The notes beneath the pieces were generated by a model. It had not been told where the DNA came from and made no database searches. It worked only from the letters and a program-made list of their open reading frames with translations. A stretch of DNA of 64,000 nt from an uncultured Arcobacter sp. (GTDB lineage Bacteria > Campylobacterota > Campylobacteria > Campylobacterales > Arcobacteraceae). Where the stretch lies: the NCBI GenBank assembly GCA_965140705.1, contig OZ223300.1, positions 1,184,001 through 1,248,000 on the forward strand, given 5' to 3'. A program made the translations under genes and the position numbers. Shown here one piece after another: positions 19,695-29,187 of the stretch (position 1 is its first letter; every line of letters starts with the position of its first letter).

Positions 19695-19766
19695 ATGAAT
19701 AGTATAAAACAATATAATCATATTCAAACAAATAATCTACTCTCAATCCTCTTACTCACTAAATAA
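19695..19766 (+). CDS. Leucine-rich leader peptide MNSIKQYNHIQTNNLLSILLLTK (LeuL-like)
   Basis: SD AAGGAG; Leu codons CTA CTC ... CTC TTA CTC clustered at the 3' end; directly upstream of leuA. Confidence 0.75.
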   Translation: MNSIKQYNHIQTNNLLSILLLTK

Positions 19767-19835
19767 TTTTCAAACCTAACCTTATCAATTTTAGTTGCAA
19801 ATATTTGCAAAATATATAAAATCATGGAGAATAAA

Positions 19836-21137
19836 ATGACTTATAAAAAATATAGACAATATCCTATTGTCAAAGATTTCGTACGAACTTGGCCAAATAA
19901 TCAAATTACAAAAGCACCTATTTATGGAAGTGTAGATTTAAGAGATGGAAACCAAGCTTTAATAAATCCTTTAAATATTGAGCAGAAGTTGGAGTATTTT
20001 AATACTTTAGTAAAGATGGGATTTAAACAAATAGAAGTAAGTTATCCAAGTGCTAGTGAGACTGATTTTAATTTTACAAGAAAATTGATTGAAGAAAATC
20101 TTATACCTGATGATGTTGCTATTCAAGTATTAATTCCAGCAAAAAAAGAGTGGATAAAAAAAAGTGTTGAAGCTATGAGGGGAGTTAAAAATGGAATTTT
20201 CCATTTATACAATCCTACGAATGAGTTCCAAAGAAGAGTTGTATTTAAAAAAAGTGATGAAGAGATAATCTCTATGGCAGTTGAATCAATGAAATACTTA
20301 GTAGAACTTACTAAAGATTTTGAGGGCAATGTTATATATGATTATTCTCCTGAGAGTTTTTCCCAAACTGATTTAGAGTTTGCTGTGAAAATATGTAATA
20401 AAGTAATTGATGTAGTAAAACCAACAATCCAAAACAAGATGATAATAAATTTGCCAAATACTCTAGAAGCCTGCACTGCAAATATTTATGCAGATAGAAT
20501 AGAGTGGATGTGCAATAATTTGGACAACAGAGAATCACTAATAATAAGTGTTCATCCTCACAATGATAGAGGAACATCAGTAGCCTCAGCAGAACTTGCA
20601 GTTTTAGCAGGAGCAAATAGAGTAGAGGGAACTTTATTTGGAAATGGTGAGAGAGCAGGGAACTTAGATTTAGTTAATTTTGCTTTTAATTTACATTCAC
20701 AAGGAATTGATTCTACCCTTGATTTATCAATAGTAGATGAAGTAAAAAAGATGTATGAGAATTTAACAAAGTTGAATATAAATCCAAGACATCCATACGT
20801 GGGTGATATGATTTTTACAGCCTTTAGTGGAGGACATCAAGATGCTATAAGAAAAGGAATAGATTTTTATAGAAAAGAGAATTGTCAAGAGTGGAATGTC
20901 CCATACTTGCCAATAGATCCAAAAGATATAAAAAGAGGATATGAGAATATTATTAGAGTAAATTCCCAATCAGGAAAAGGAGGAGTTGCTTTTATCATAA
21001 GTGAGTTTTTTGGAGATGAATTAGATAAAGAAGAAGCCAAAGAGTTTGGACTATTGGTGAAAAAAGAGAGTGATAAAGTTCAAAGGGAGTTAAGTAAGGA
21101 TGAAATTATTGGACTTTATGAGGGGTATAAAAAATAA
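19836..21137 (+). CDS. leuA: 2-isopropylmalate synthase, short form lacking the C-terminal regulatory domain
   Basis: VDLRDGNQAL, YSPESF, HPHNDRG, GNGERAGN, TAFSGGHQDAI, VNSQSGKGG; SD GGAG precedes ATG at 19836. Confidence 0.85.
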   Translation: MTYKKYRQYPIVKDFVRTWPNNQITKAPIYGSVDLRDGNQALINPLNIEQKLEYFNTLVKMGFKQIEVSYPSASETDFNFTRKLIEENLIPDDVAIQVLIPAKKEWIKKSVEAMRGVKNGIFHLYNPTNEFQRRVVFKKSDEEIISMAVESMKYLVELTKDFEGNVIYDYSPESFSQTDLEFAVKICNKVIDVVKPTIQNKMIINLPNTLEACTANIYADRIEWMCNNLDNRESLIISVHPHNDRGTSVASAELAVLAGANRVEGTLFGNGERAGNLDLVNFAFNLHSQGIDSTLDLSIVDEVKKMYENLTKLNINPRHPYVGDMIFTAFSGGHQDAIRKGIDFYRKENCQEWNVPYLPIDPKDIKRGYENIIRVNSQSGKGGVAFIISEFFGDELDKEEAKEFGLLVKKESDKVQRELSKDEIIGLYEGYKK

Positions 21138-21146
21138 TACTCTCTT

Positions 21147-21570
21147 GAAGAGGATAAACCTCTTCGCTTCTCTTACTTTTGTGTTGACGAAAAGTAAGCA
21201 AAAACAACTACGGCTGCGAAGCCAAAGGTTCCCTCCCTTATTATTTTTATTTTTTCTGCTTGCTAAAACTCATTTATTAAAACTTCCGTTTAGGAACTTT
21301 TAAACATTCAGACAGTTAGCAAGCTTGTCTAGAAAAAAGAAAAATAAACGCTCGGCTTCTGTAGATGTAGAAATAAATCTCTTTAGTTGTTTCTTTATCT
21401 TAGAAGTTTAAACTATCTAGTGTAAAGCAGAGTAAATAAAAGCAAAAAATCTAAACAAATTAAAAATGCAAATGTCCTTATCCCATCTTTATTCCAACAT
21501 TTGCAAAAGCCGAATGTTTATTTCTCTTTTCGGAAAAGAGTTACAACTATTTGAGTAAATAAATGTGCTA
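21147..21570. repeat. Multi-hairpin palindromic element with a degenerate inverted partial second copy
   Basis: Nested inverted repeats 21172-80/21190-98, 21241-57/21331-47, 21258-66/21316-24 and 21218-23/21354-59; 21507-21531 is an inverted copy of about 21332-21358. Confidence 0.6.
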
Positions 21571-21768
21571 AATACATATTTAATTTTAAAAAATAACAAT
21601 TATTATGATAGACTATTAACTATAATATATTTATAATAGTGGAATTAAATGAAAATTATTGATACAATTGAAGAATTGAAAGAAATAAGAAAACAATCAC
21701 AAAAAAGAAAAAAGGGATTCTACTTTTTATCTTTACATTTATTCAGTTACTATATGGAATTATAATAT

Positions 21769-22734
21769 ATGTTAACTTCATTAATTGATAAAGAATTTCA
21801 AAAAATTATCTTAAATAATACTGTTATGTGGTTAAATATGCTGGATAATGATGCCAATGTGCTCATGTGGAATAAAGCTGCAGAAGTAATAAGTGGTTAC
21901 ACTAAAGAAGAAGTACTTGGCAATAGTAATATATGGGAACTACTTTATCCAGATGTAGAGTATCGCACTTCAATTCACAATAAAGCACTTGAAATTATCA
22001 ATAAGGGAGACGAAATTATAGATTTTGAAACAACTATAATTTCTAAAGATGGTACTAAAAAAATCTTATCTTGGAATACACATAATATGAAAGATGAAGA
22101 TAATAATATTATTGGTTCTATTGCTATAGCAAGAGATGTTACAAAAATTAAAGCTAATGAGAAATCCCTTCAATTATTGACATTTGAATTAGAAGAATCA
22201 AATAAAAAACTACTTGAATTAAGTTATATTGATCAATTAACAAGTATACCAAATAGAAGAGCATATGACGAAAGACTTGCATTAGAGTTAAAAGCTATTA
22301 AAAGATCAGGGATAGAGTTTTCTTTCTTATTAATTGATATTGATAATTTTAAAGAATACAATGATATGTATGGACATGCAAATGGTGATATTGTTTTATT
22401 TAGAGTCTCTAATCAAATAAAAAATGTATTATCAAGAAAAACTGATTTTGTTGCACGCTATGGTGGTGAAGAGATTGTAGTAATACTACCTTATACACCT
22501 CTAGAAAAAGCACAAATTGTTGCAAAAAAAATTCTTCAATGCACACTTGATTTAAATATTGAACATTCATATTCAAAGTTTAATCAATTATTAACTGTTA
22601 GTATAGGTATCACTTCTACAAAAATAAGTATTGAAAATTTAATGAACAATGCAGATCAAGCACTTTATAAAGCCAAGAATTATGGTCGCAATAGGTTTGA
22701 AGTTTACTCTAATAATTCTTCTTCATTAAAATAG
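21769..22734 (+). CDS. PAS-GGDEF diguanylate cyclase
   Basis: PAS (WNKAAEVISGYTKEE), DQLTSIPNRR, DIDNFK, RKTD I-site, RYGGEEI. Confidence 0.9.
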   Translation: MLTSLIDKEFQKIILNNTVMWLNMLDNDANVLMWNKAAEVISGYTKEEVLGNSNIWELLYPDVEYRTSIHNKALEIINKGDEIIDFETTIISKDGTKKILSWNTHNMKDEDNNIIGSIAIARDVTKIKANEKSLQLLTFELEESNKKLLELSYIDQLTSIPNRRAYDERLALELKAIKRSGIEFSFLLIDIDNFKEYNDMYGHANGDIVLFRVSNQIKNVLSRKTDFVARYGGEEIVVILPYTPLEKAQIVAKKILQCTLDLNIEHSYSKFNQLLTVSIGITSTKISIENLMNNADQALYKAKNYGRNRFEVYSNNSSSLK

Positions 22735-22892
22735 AGATTCTTCTACACCCCTCTTCACTTTTATTCTTGTCCTTTTTTTGTTAACTAATTTGATGTTCTT
22801 TGAATAGTTGCTATTTTCTTACATTATATTTAAAATAAGATAGATATAAGTGCAAATCACTTATTATTAAAACCAATTTAAAAAGAGAAAAG

Positions 22893-23978
22893 ATGGCAGA
22901 ACAACTAAAAAATGTATATACAAAAGAGTATATAAAAAACCTAAGCATTAAAATAAAAGAAAATTATAATAACTTTGATAGTGATAGTTTTATAAACTCT
23001 ATATTTAACCCCACTTGGGAAACTTTAGAATTAAAGATGCGAATGAGACATATTGCAATTGCACTTAATGAGTTTTTACCCTTGTCTTATAAAAAGCAAC
23101 TTGAGATACTAAAACCTACATCAAAAGATTTTAGTGGCTTTGAAGCTATGTTTTTTCAAGACTTTGTGGAAGTTTATGGATTAGATGATTTTGAGAACTC
23201 TATGGATGCACTAGAAGTATTTACCCTTGATTCTAGTTCTGAGTTTGCAATAAGACAGTTTATATTAAAGTATGAAGATAAAACTATGCAACAAATGAAA
23301 CTTTGGACTAAAAGTTCAAATGAACATATTAGAAGACTTGCAAGTGAAGGGTGTCGTCCTAGACTTCCTTGGGCTGTGGCACTTCCTCGATTTAAAGCAA
23401 ATCCATCAAAAGTTTTTGAGATAATTGAACTTCTTAAAAATGACCCTTCTAAATATGTACAAAAATCTGTAGCAAACAATCTTAATGATATCTCAAAAGA
23501 TAATCCAGAACTTGTAATTGAGTTTGTTAAAAGCAATCTTGGAGTTTCCAAAGAGCTTGATTGGATATGTAAGCATGCCTCTCGAACTTTACTTAAAAGG
23601 GGAGATAAAGAAGTATTGGAGTTATTTTCTTTTGGCAAATCACATCATGTAAATATTTCTAATTTTATTTGTGATGAGCTTGTAAAAGTTGATGATTATT
23701 TAAACTTCTCTTTTGAACTTAATTCAGATGAAGAACTTGGTAATGTAAGGGTTGAGTATGGTTTGTATTATTTGAAGTCAAATATGACACATAATAAAAA
23801 AGTTTTTATGATAAGTCAAAATGAGATAAAATCAAAAAATAAAAAGTTTGTAAAAAAACAGAGTTTTAAAAATATGACTACAAGAAGACACTATTTAGGC
23901 AAACACCATATTTCTATTATAATAAATGGAAAAGAGATGATAAAAAAGGAGTTTATTTTAGATGACACCAGCTATTAG
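22893..23978 (+). CDS. DNA alkylation repair protein (AlkC/AlkD-like HEAT repeat) with C-terminal extension
   Basis: SSEFAIRQF, HIRRLASEGCRPRLPW, YVQKSVANNLNDISK. Confidence 0.85.
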   Translation: MAEQLKNVYTKEYIKNLSIKIKENYNNFDSDSFINSIFNPTWETLELKMRMRHIAIALNEFLPLSYKKQLEILKPTSKDFSGFEAMFFQDFVEVYGLDDFENSMDALEVFTLDSSSEFAIRQFILKYEDKTMQQMKLWTKSSNEHIRRLASEGCRPRLPWAVALPRFKANPSKVFEIIELLKNDPSKYVQKSVANNLNDISKDNPELVIEFVKSNLGVSKELDWICKHASRTLLKRGDKEVLELFSFGKSHHVNISNFICDELVKVDDYLNFSFELNSDEELGNVRVEYGLYYLKSNMTHNKKVFMISQNEIKSKNKKFVKKQSFKNMTTRRHYLGKHHISIIINGKEMIKKEFILDDTSY

Positions 23979-24429
23979 ATTACTTAAAAAAAACAAATGT
24001 GATTTTAAAATACATAAATATGACCATGACCCAGCTTGTACAGACTTTGGAGAAGAAGCAGTTACTAAACTAAACCTTGATAAGAATAGGGTATTTAAAA
24101 CTTTATTAGTGGAACTAAGCCCAAAAGAGTTAGTTGTTTGTGTAGTTCCTGTATCTAAACAATTAAGTCTTAAGGATGTAGCAAATGCATTTAAAGTAAA
24201 AAAAGCACAAATGGCAAATAAAGATGAAGCTCAAAAAGTCACAGGATACTTACTTGGTGGAATTTCACCTTTGGGACAGAAAAAAAGATTAAAAACTCTT
24301 GTTGATGAAAGTGCATTTAATTATGAGACAATCTTTGTAAGCGGTGGTAAAAGAGGCTTAGATATTGAATTAAAAGCAGAAGATATTGTAAGCTTAGTTA
24401 ACGCTCAAAAATTTCCTATTAGTACTTAG
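23962..24429 (+). CDS. ybaK: Cys-tRNA(Pro) deacylase
   Basis: MTPAI, VFKTL, TGYLLGGISPLGQKK, VSGGKRGL. Confidence 0.92.
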   Translation: MTPAIRLLKKNKCDFKIHKYDHDPACTDFGEEAVTKLNLDKNRVFKTLLVELSPKELVVCVVPVSKQLSLKDVANAFKVKKAQMANKDEAQKVTGYLLGGISPLGQKKRLKTLVDESAFNYETIFVSGGKRGLDIELKAEDIVSLVNAQKFPIST

Positions 24430-24490
24430 TTTTAACTTCCCTTTAATCTTTTGCATGTAGTATTGTATAAAGAAAAACAAAAGGATTTAT

Positions 24491-27400
24491 ATGACTTCTT
24501 CAGATATGAATGCAGTATGTTCTCAATTATTGAGACCCGAAGATTTAGAGATTTCCGATGAGTTGTTCAGTCAAGTTCAAACAGATAAAATTGTTACAAA
24601 TATAATAAAAGAAAAAAACTCCATTGATATAAAAATATTTTCTACTCAGCAATTATACTTATCTTTAGTTACTCCAATATTACATGATATTGGTTTTTTG
24701 ATTATTGATGAGGTTACTTATAATATTCAAAATGGAAAAGATCAAATTTTTGTTTCAAGATTTAATTTAAAACTACAAAAAGATGATGATATAAATAAAA
24801 TATTAAGTGCAAAGAATAATTTAGAAAATATTATTACAAAAGTTGTAAGTGATGGATGTCTACAACATTCAAGGGTATTTTCATTGGTTTATAATGAAAA
24901 CTTTGATGAAAGAAAAATAAATCTTGTAAGAGCTATAATTGAATATATAGACCAAGCCGTTCTTACAATAAATTCTGCAACGATATTGAATATATATATT
25001 ACACACCATGATATTACTAAGCTTTTTGTAGATTATTTTTATATGAAGTTTGAACCAAATATTAAAAAAAGAGATACAAAATTAAAAGAATTAAAAGAAA
25101 AAATAGAGGAAAAGATTAAACAAATTCCTCAAATAATAGATGATAAAGTTTTAAAACTAACATTATCATTTTTAGACTCACTTTTAAGAACAAGTTACTT
25201 TTTAGAGAAAGAAACAATTGCTTTTAAAATAAATACAGCAGAGTTTGGAGAGCATCTTAAAGGATTGCAACCAAATTTAGAAAACTTTATTTATCATGAA
25301 TCTTTCTTTGGTATTCATTTAAGAATGACCAAGATTTCAAGAGGTGGTCTTAGATGGAGTGATAGACATGATGATTATAGACAAGAGATAAAATCACTTA
25401 TGATTACCCAAGAGGGTAAAAACTCTATTATTATTCCTGATGGTGCAAAGGGTGGCTTTGTAATCAAAAAAGATACAAGTGAAGTCACAAAAGAGTACTT
25501 TAAAGAAGTATATACAATGTTCATCAATGCTAACCTTGACTTAGTAGATAATTTAGTTGATGGAAAAATTGTAAAAGATAAAAATCTTGTTTGTTATGAT
25601 GGAGATGATGCTTATTTTGTAGTTGCTGCTGATAAAGGAACAGCTGCTATGAGTGATGTGGCAAATGAGATTGCTATTAGTAGAGGCTTTTGGTTAGGTG
25701 ATGCTTTTGCAAGTGGTGGAAGTAATGGTTATGGTCATAAAGAATTAGGAATCACAGCTCGAGGATCACTCAAATCAAGTGAGAGATTCTTTATCGAAGA
25801 GGGTCTTGATATTTACAAAGATAATATAACTGTCATGGGGATTGGATCTATGAATGGTGATGTTTTTGGAAATGGACTTATCGAATCAGATAAATTTATT
25901 CTTTATGGAGCTATTGGGCATAAAGAGATTTTTGTTGACCCAAATCCAGATCCTATTCAAAGTTTCAAAGAGAGAAAAAGACTTTTTGAATCTAAAAATG
26001 GAAGTTGGAAAAATTATAATAAAAAGTTGATTTCACAAGGTGGTGGGATATTTTTAAGAAGTGAAAAAGAGATAGAACTAACACCAGAAATTAAAAAGCT
26101 TGTGGGAACAACAAGAAAAGTAGTTAGTGGAGAAGAACTTTGTATCATGCTTCTTACTATGCCTGTGGATTTACTTTTTAATGGAGGAGTTGGAACTTAT
26201 GTAAAAGCAAGTGATGAAAACTCTTTAGATATAGGTGATAAGCAGAATGAAGCAGTAAGAGTTGATGCAAATAATTTAAAAGCAAAAATTGTTTGTGAGG
26301 GTGGAAACCTAGGATTTACACAAAAAGCAAGAATAGAATATGCTTTAGGTGGTGGTAGAATCAATATTGATGGAATAGATAACGCTGCAGGTGTTGATAC
26401 TTCAGATCATGAAGTTAATTTAAAAATTCTATTAAATATGATTAGTAATAAAGAAAATATTTGTAAAGAAGATTCTCAAGCAACTCTAAACTCAATGACA
26501 GAACAAGTAGTAAAATTAGTTTTAGATAGTAATTATAATCAATCTTTGGCAATATCTCTTGATGAAAGATTTTCAAGAAAATATTTAAATGATTTTAAAA
26601 AAGTGATTGAAGTATTAGACAACAATGTTCCAGCATTTAATAGAGCAGCTTTTCATATTCCTAAAAATGAAAATATCAATGAAATAATAGATATAAATGG
26701 TTCAATGGTAAGACCAGTATTGTGTTCACTTTTATCTTATTCAAAAATATTTCTAAAAAAAGTATTACTTGATTCAACTTTAATAGATGAGCAGTTTGCC
26801 TTACAGTTTTTATATAGATATTTTCCAAAATCATTTGTTGGAGCATATGAACATGAGATAATAAATCATCCACTAAAAAGAGAAATAATATCAACAATGA
26901 TTGCTGACATAATTGTAAATGCCCAAGGAAGTACTTTTGTTAGTGATTATGAGAAGTTGGGAAATGAAAGATATTTATTAAAAATCAAATCTTATATAGT
27001 AGCAAAACAACTATTTGGAGCTAAGGAAATACGAGAAAAAATCTATCAACAAGATTATATTATGAATGTTGATGAGCAATATAAATTAATCAATAAATTA
27101 GAGTATATTTTATATGCAAGTACTAAATGGATGGTTAAATATCTTAAAAAGAATCAATTAGATGCTTCTCATATTTTAGACCATAAAGATGAACTTTTTA
27201 CTTTATTAAAAGAGGTACATACACAAAAAGTAGAAAATCTAATTGACAAAGATGAAGAGTTTAATTTATTCTTTTCTGTGATTGATTATCTTAGATTTGC
27301 AATTCCTGCAATAGTTATAAGAGAGAGTACAAATCACTCATTTAAAGATGTAATTATATTGTTTTATTCACTTATTCATGAGTTTAATATTTTAGATATT

Positions 27401-27685
27401 ATTTTTGCACTTAATAAAGTAGAAATAACTTCTAAAAATGATGTAGTTTTAAGAAATCAAGTTTTACAATTCATAGAGTTTATTGTTGTTCATTACACTA
27501 AAAAAATATTAAATTTTAAAAGAGTAAATGAAGCACCAGATGCCGCTTTCACAAATTTTATAAATAATGAGAGTGAAGCATTTTATAAAGTAAGAGAAAA
27601 TCTTGATATTTTTATCTCAAAGGATAACAAAGATATTAAAGAAATAGCAATTACAGTTAATCAAATGATGGTCTCTTTATTATAA
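24491..27685 (+). CDS. NAD-specific glutamate dehydrogenase, large (GdhB/Bac_GDH) type
   Basis: RGGLRWSDR, KNSIIIPDGAKGGF, YFVVAADKGTA, AFASGGS, GIGSMNGDVFGNG, EGGNLGFTQ, DNAAGVDTSDHEVN. Confidence 0.9.
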   Translation: MTSSDMNAVCSQLLRPEDLEISDELFSQVQTDKIVTNIIKEKNSIDIKIFSTQQLYLSLVTPILHDIGFLIIDEVTYNIQNGKDQIFVSRFNLKLQKDDDINKILSAKNNLENIITKVVSDGCLQHSRVFSLVYNENFDERKINLVRAIIEYIDQAVLTINSATILNIYITHHDITKLFVDYFYMKFEPNIKKRDTKLKELKEKIEEKIKQIPQIIDDKVLKLTLSFLDSLLRTSYFLEKETIAFKINTAEFGEHLKGLQPNLENFIYHESFFGIHLRMTKISRGGLRWSDRHDDYRQEIKSLMITQEGKNSIIIPDGAKGGFVIKKDTSEVTKEYFKEVYTMFINANLDLVDNLVDGKIVKDKNLVCYDGDDAYFVVAADKGTAAMSDVANEIAISRGFWLGDAFASGGSNGYGHKELGITARGSLKSSERFFIEEGLDIYKDNITVMGIGSMNGDVFGNGLIESDKFILYGAIGHKEIFVDPNPDPIQSFKERKRLFESKNGSWKNYNKKLISQGGGIFLRSEKEIELTPEIKKLVGTTRKVVSGEELCIMLLTMPVDLLFNGGVGTYVKASDENSLDIGDKQNEAVRVDANNLKAKIVCEGGNLGFTQKARIEYALGGGRINIDGIDNAAGVDTSDHEVNLKILLNMISNKENICKEDSQATLNSMTEQVVKLVLDSNYNQSLAISLDERFSRKYLNDFKKVIEVLDNNVPAFNRAAFHIPKNENINEIIDINGSMVRPVLCSLLSYSKIFLKKVLLDSTLIDEQFALQFLYRYFPKSFVGAYEHEIINHPLKREIISTMIADIIVNAQGSTFVSDYEKLGNERYLLKIKSYIVAKQLFGAKEIREKIYQQDYIMNVDEQYKLINKLEYILYASTKWMVKYLKKNQLDASHILDHKDELFTLLKEVHTQKVENLIDKDEEFNLFFSVIDYLRFAIPAIVIRESTNHSFKDVIILFYSLIHEFNILDIIFALNKVEITSKNDVVLRNQVLQFIEFIVVHYTKKILNFKRVNEAPDAAFTNFINNESEAFYKVRENLDIFISKDNKDIKEIAITVNQMMVSLL

Positions 27686-27751
27686 GTTGAGATTATAATT
27701 TTTTATTAATTTATTTGCTGTATAATAACTAAAAGAGTAAAAGGAATAATT

Positions 27752-27964
27752 ATGAAAAGTAATATGAATAAAGAACCAAGTTTAAATAAAATAGATGACT
27801 ATAATGGAAAAGAGTCAAAAAGTAAAAGAAATACAATAAGACTTATAATAGTAGGTCTTTTAGTATTAGGTGCTATTTATTCTTATTTTAAATATGAGAA
27901 TAATCAAGTAAATGATTATGTGGGTACATCTTCAAGTCCAGGAATTAATACTAGCAAGAATTAA
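27752..27964 (+). CDS. Small single-TM hypothetical protein
   Basis: SD AAGGA; one hydrophobic helix. Confidence 0.7.
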   Translation: MKSNMNKEPSLNKIDDYNGKESKSKRNTIRLIIVGLLVLGAIYSYFKYENNQVNDYVGTSSSPGINTSKN

Positions 27965-27993
27965 TATTATTAAAACTATTAAATGGTTTTATT

Positions 27994-28023
27994 TACTTTA
28001 GCTATTTAAAAATAGCTAAAGTA
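27994..28023. terminator. Bidirectional terminator between convergent genes
   Basis: TACTTTAGCTATT / AATAGCTAAAGTA inverted repeat. Confidence 0.65.
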
Positions 28024-28028
28024 TAAAA

Positions 28029-28484
28029 TTACATTTTAAACATAGAGTGGGGTGAATCACTAGAATTTACCATCCAAATAGAAAAAATATCTATATAATC
28101 CCAAAATGATTTTTTTAACTCTTCATTTAAATTTGTCTCTTCAATTGCTTTTGCAAAATTTTCAAGCCAAATAATTCTTGCGTTTGAGTCAATTTTAAAA
28201 GGAGAGTGTCTTGCTACCATTCTTGGTGCGCCCCTTGAATGGTCAAAATATCTAGGCCCTCCACAAATTTGTATAAAAAAATCAGCAGCATGTTTTTTAG
28301 CTGCATCAAGTCCTTCTTTTGTTGGAGGGAAGAGTCCTTTTATCTCTGTTTGTACCAAATAATCATAGTGTTTGGCAATCATTTCTCTCATGCCTTCTTC
28401 TCCTAAAACTTCTAATATCTTGGGGTTTGGTAAAGCTACATTTGGTCTTTGTCCAAATGCACCTTCTGTAATAGTATAATTCAT
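28029..28484 (-). CDS. Truncated (2/2) globin-like protein
   Basis: LGEEGMREMIAKHY, DFFIQICGGPRYF, PRMVARHSPF, WMVN resemble group II trHbO; start at 28484 follows AAGG. Confidence 0.8.
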   Translation of the reverse strand: MNYTITEGAFGQRPNVALPNPKILEVLGEEGMREMIAKHYDYLVQTEIKGLFPPTKEGLDAAKKHAADFFIQICGGPRYFDHSRGAPRMVARHSPFKIDSNARIIWLENFAKAIEETNLNEELKKSFWDYIDIFSIWMVNSSDSPHSMFKM

Positions 28485-28582
28485 TATTTGCCTTTTTATC
28501 TTTTTGAAAAGCAATACTACAACAGCTATGCTGAAGAAAAATATATGATATAATGGTTAATTAATTTCTTAAGGAGTTAGCC

Positions 28583-29101
28583 ATGAAAAAAGTTTTTCTT
28601 TTAATATATAGTGCCTTTGCATCACTTCTATTTTCTTCTTCTTTACTTGCAAGTGATATTGAAGTCTCTTTTACTGATAAGAAGTGGGATGGAAAAAAAA
28701 TACCATTAGATGAAGTATGTTCAAATTATAATATTGAAGCTGGAAGTACTCCAGGCTTATATATTGAAAATCTTCCAGATGGTGCAAAAAAAGTTATTTT
28801 AAAATTTAATGATAAGAGTTTTACTAAAATGGATAATGGAGGACATGGTATTTTATCTTTTGATATAGAAGAAAATGCTACAAGTGTAGAAATTCCTCCT
28901 CAAATAGGGGAAACATTTGAGTTAGATGAAGGTTTTTCTGTTGTAAAAGCCCATACAGGAACAAGATTTGGAAAACAAGAAGGTGCTTATTTGGCTCCTT
29001 GTTCTGGTGGTAAAGGCAATACTTATAGTGTTGATATTTCAATTGTAGACTCAGAAGGTAAAGTTTTGGCTTCTAAAGAATTAGTCTTGGGAAAATATTA
29101 A
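28583..29101 (+). CDS. Secreted protein, weakly PEBP (YbhB/YbcL)-like
   Basis: Signal peptide; MDNGGHG and YLAPCSGG..NTY motifs. Confidence 0.55.
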   Translation: MKKVFLLIYSAFASLLFSSSLLASDIEVSFTDKKWDGKKIPLDEVCSNYNIEAGSTPGLYIENLPDGAKKVILKFNDKSFTKMDNGGHGILSFDIEENATSVEIPPQIGETFELDEGFSVVKAHTGTRFGKQEGAYLAPCSGGKGNTYSVDISIVDSEGKVLASKELVLGKY

Positions 29102-29131
29102 TAACTAAGTTAGTTTAAGATTATTTATGTC

Positions 29132-29161
29132 AAAATGGTGACTAAATGTAGTTACCATTTT
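29132..29161 (+). terminator. Probable terminator hairpin
   Basis: AAAATGGTGACTA / TAGTTACCATTTT. Confidence 0.5.
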
Positions 29162-29187
29162 AGGTATTTAAGTAAAAGAGGGTATTA

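Noticed and set aside
21100..21303. 67-aa ORF overlapping the end of leuA
   Set aside because: Runs through the palindromic element and does not resemble the missing LeuA regulatory domain, so it is not evidence of a frameshift
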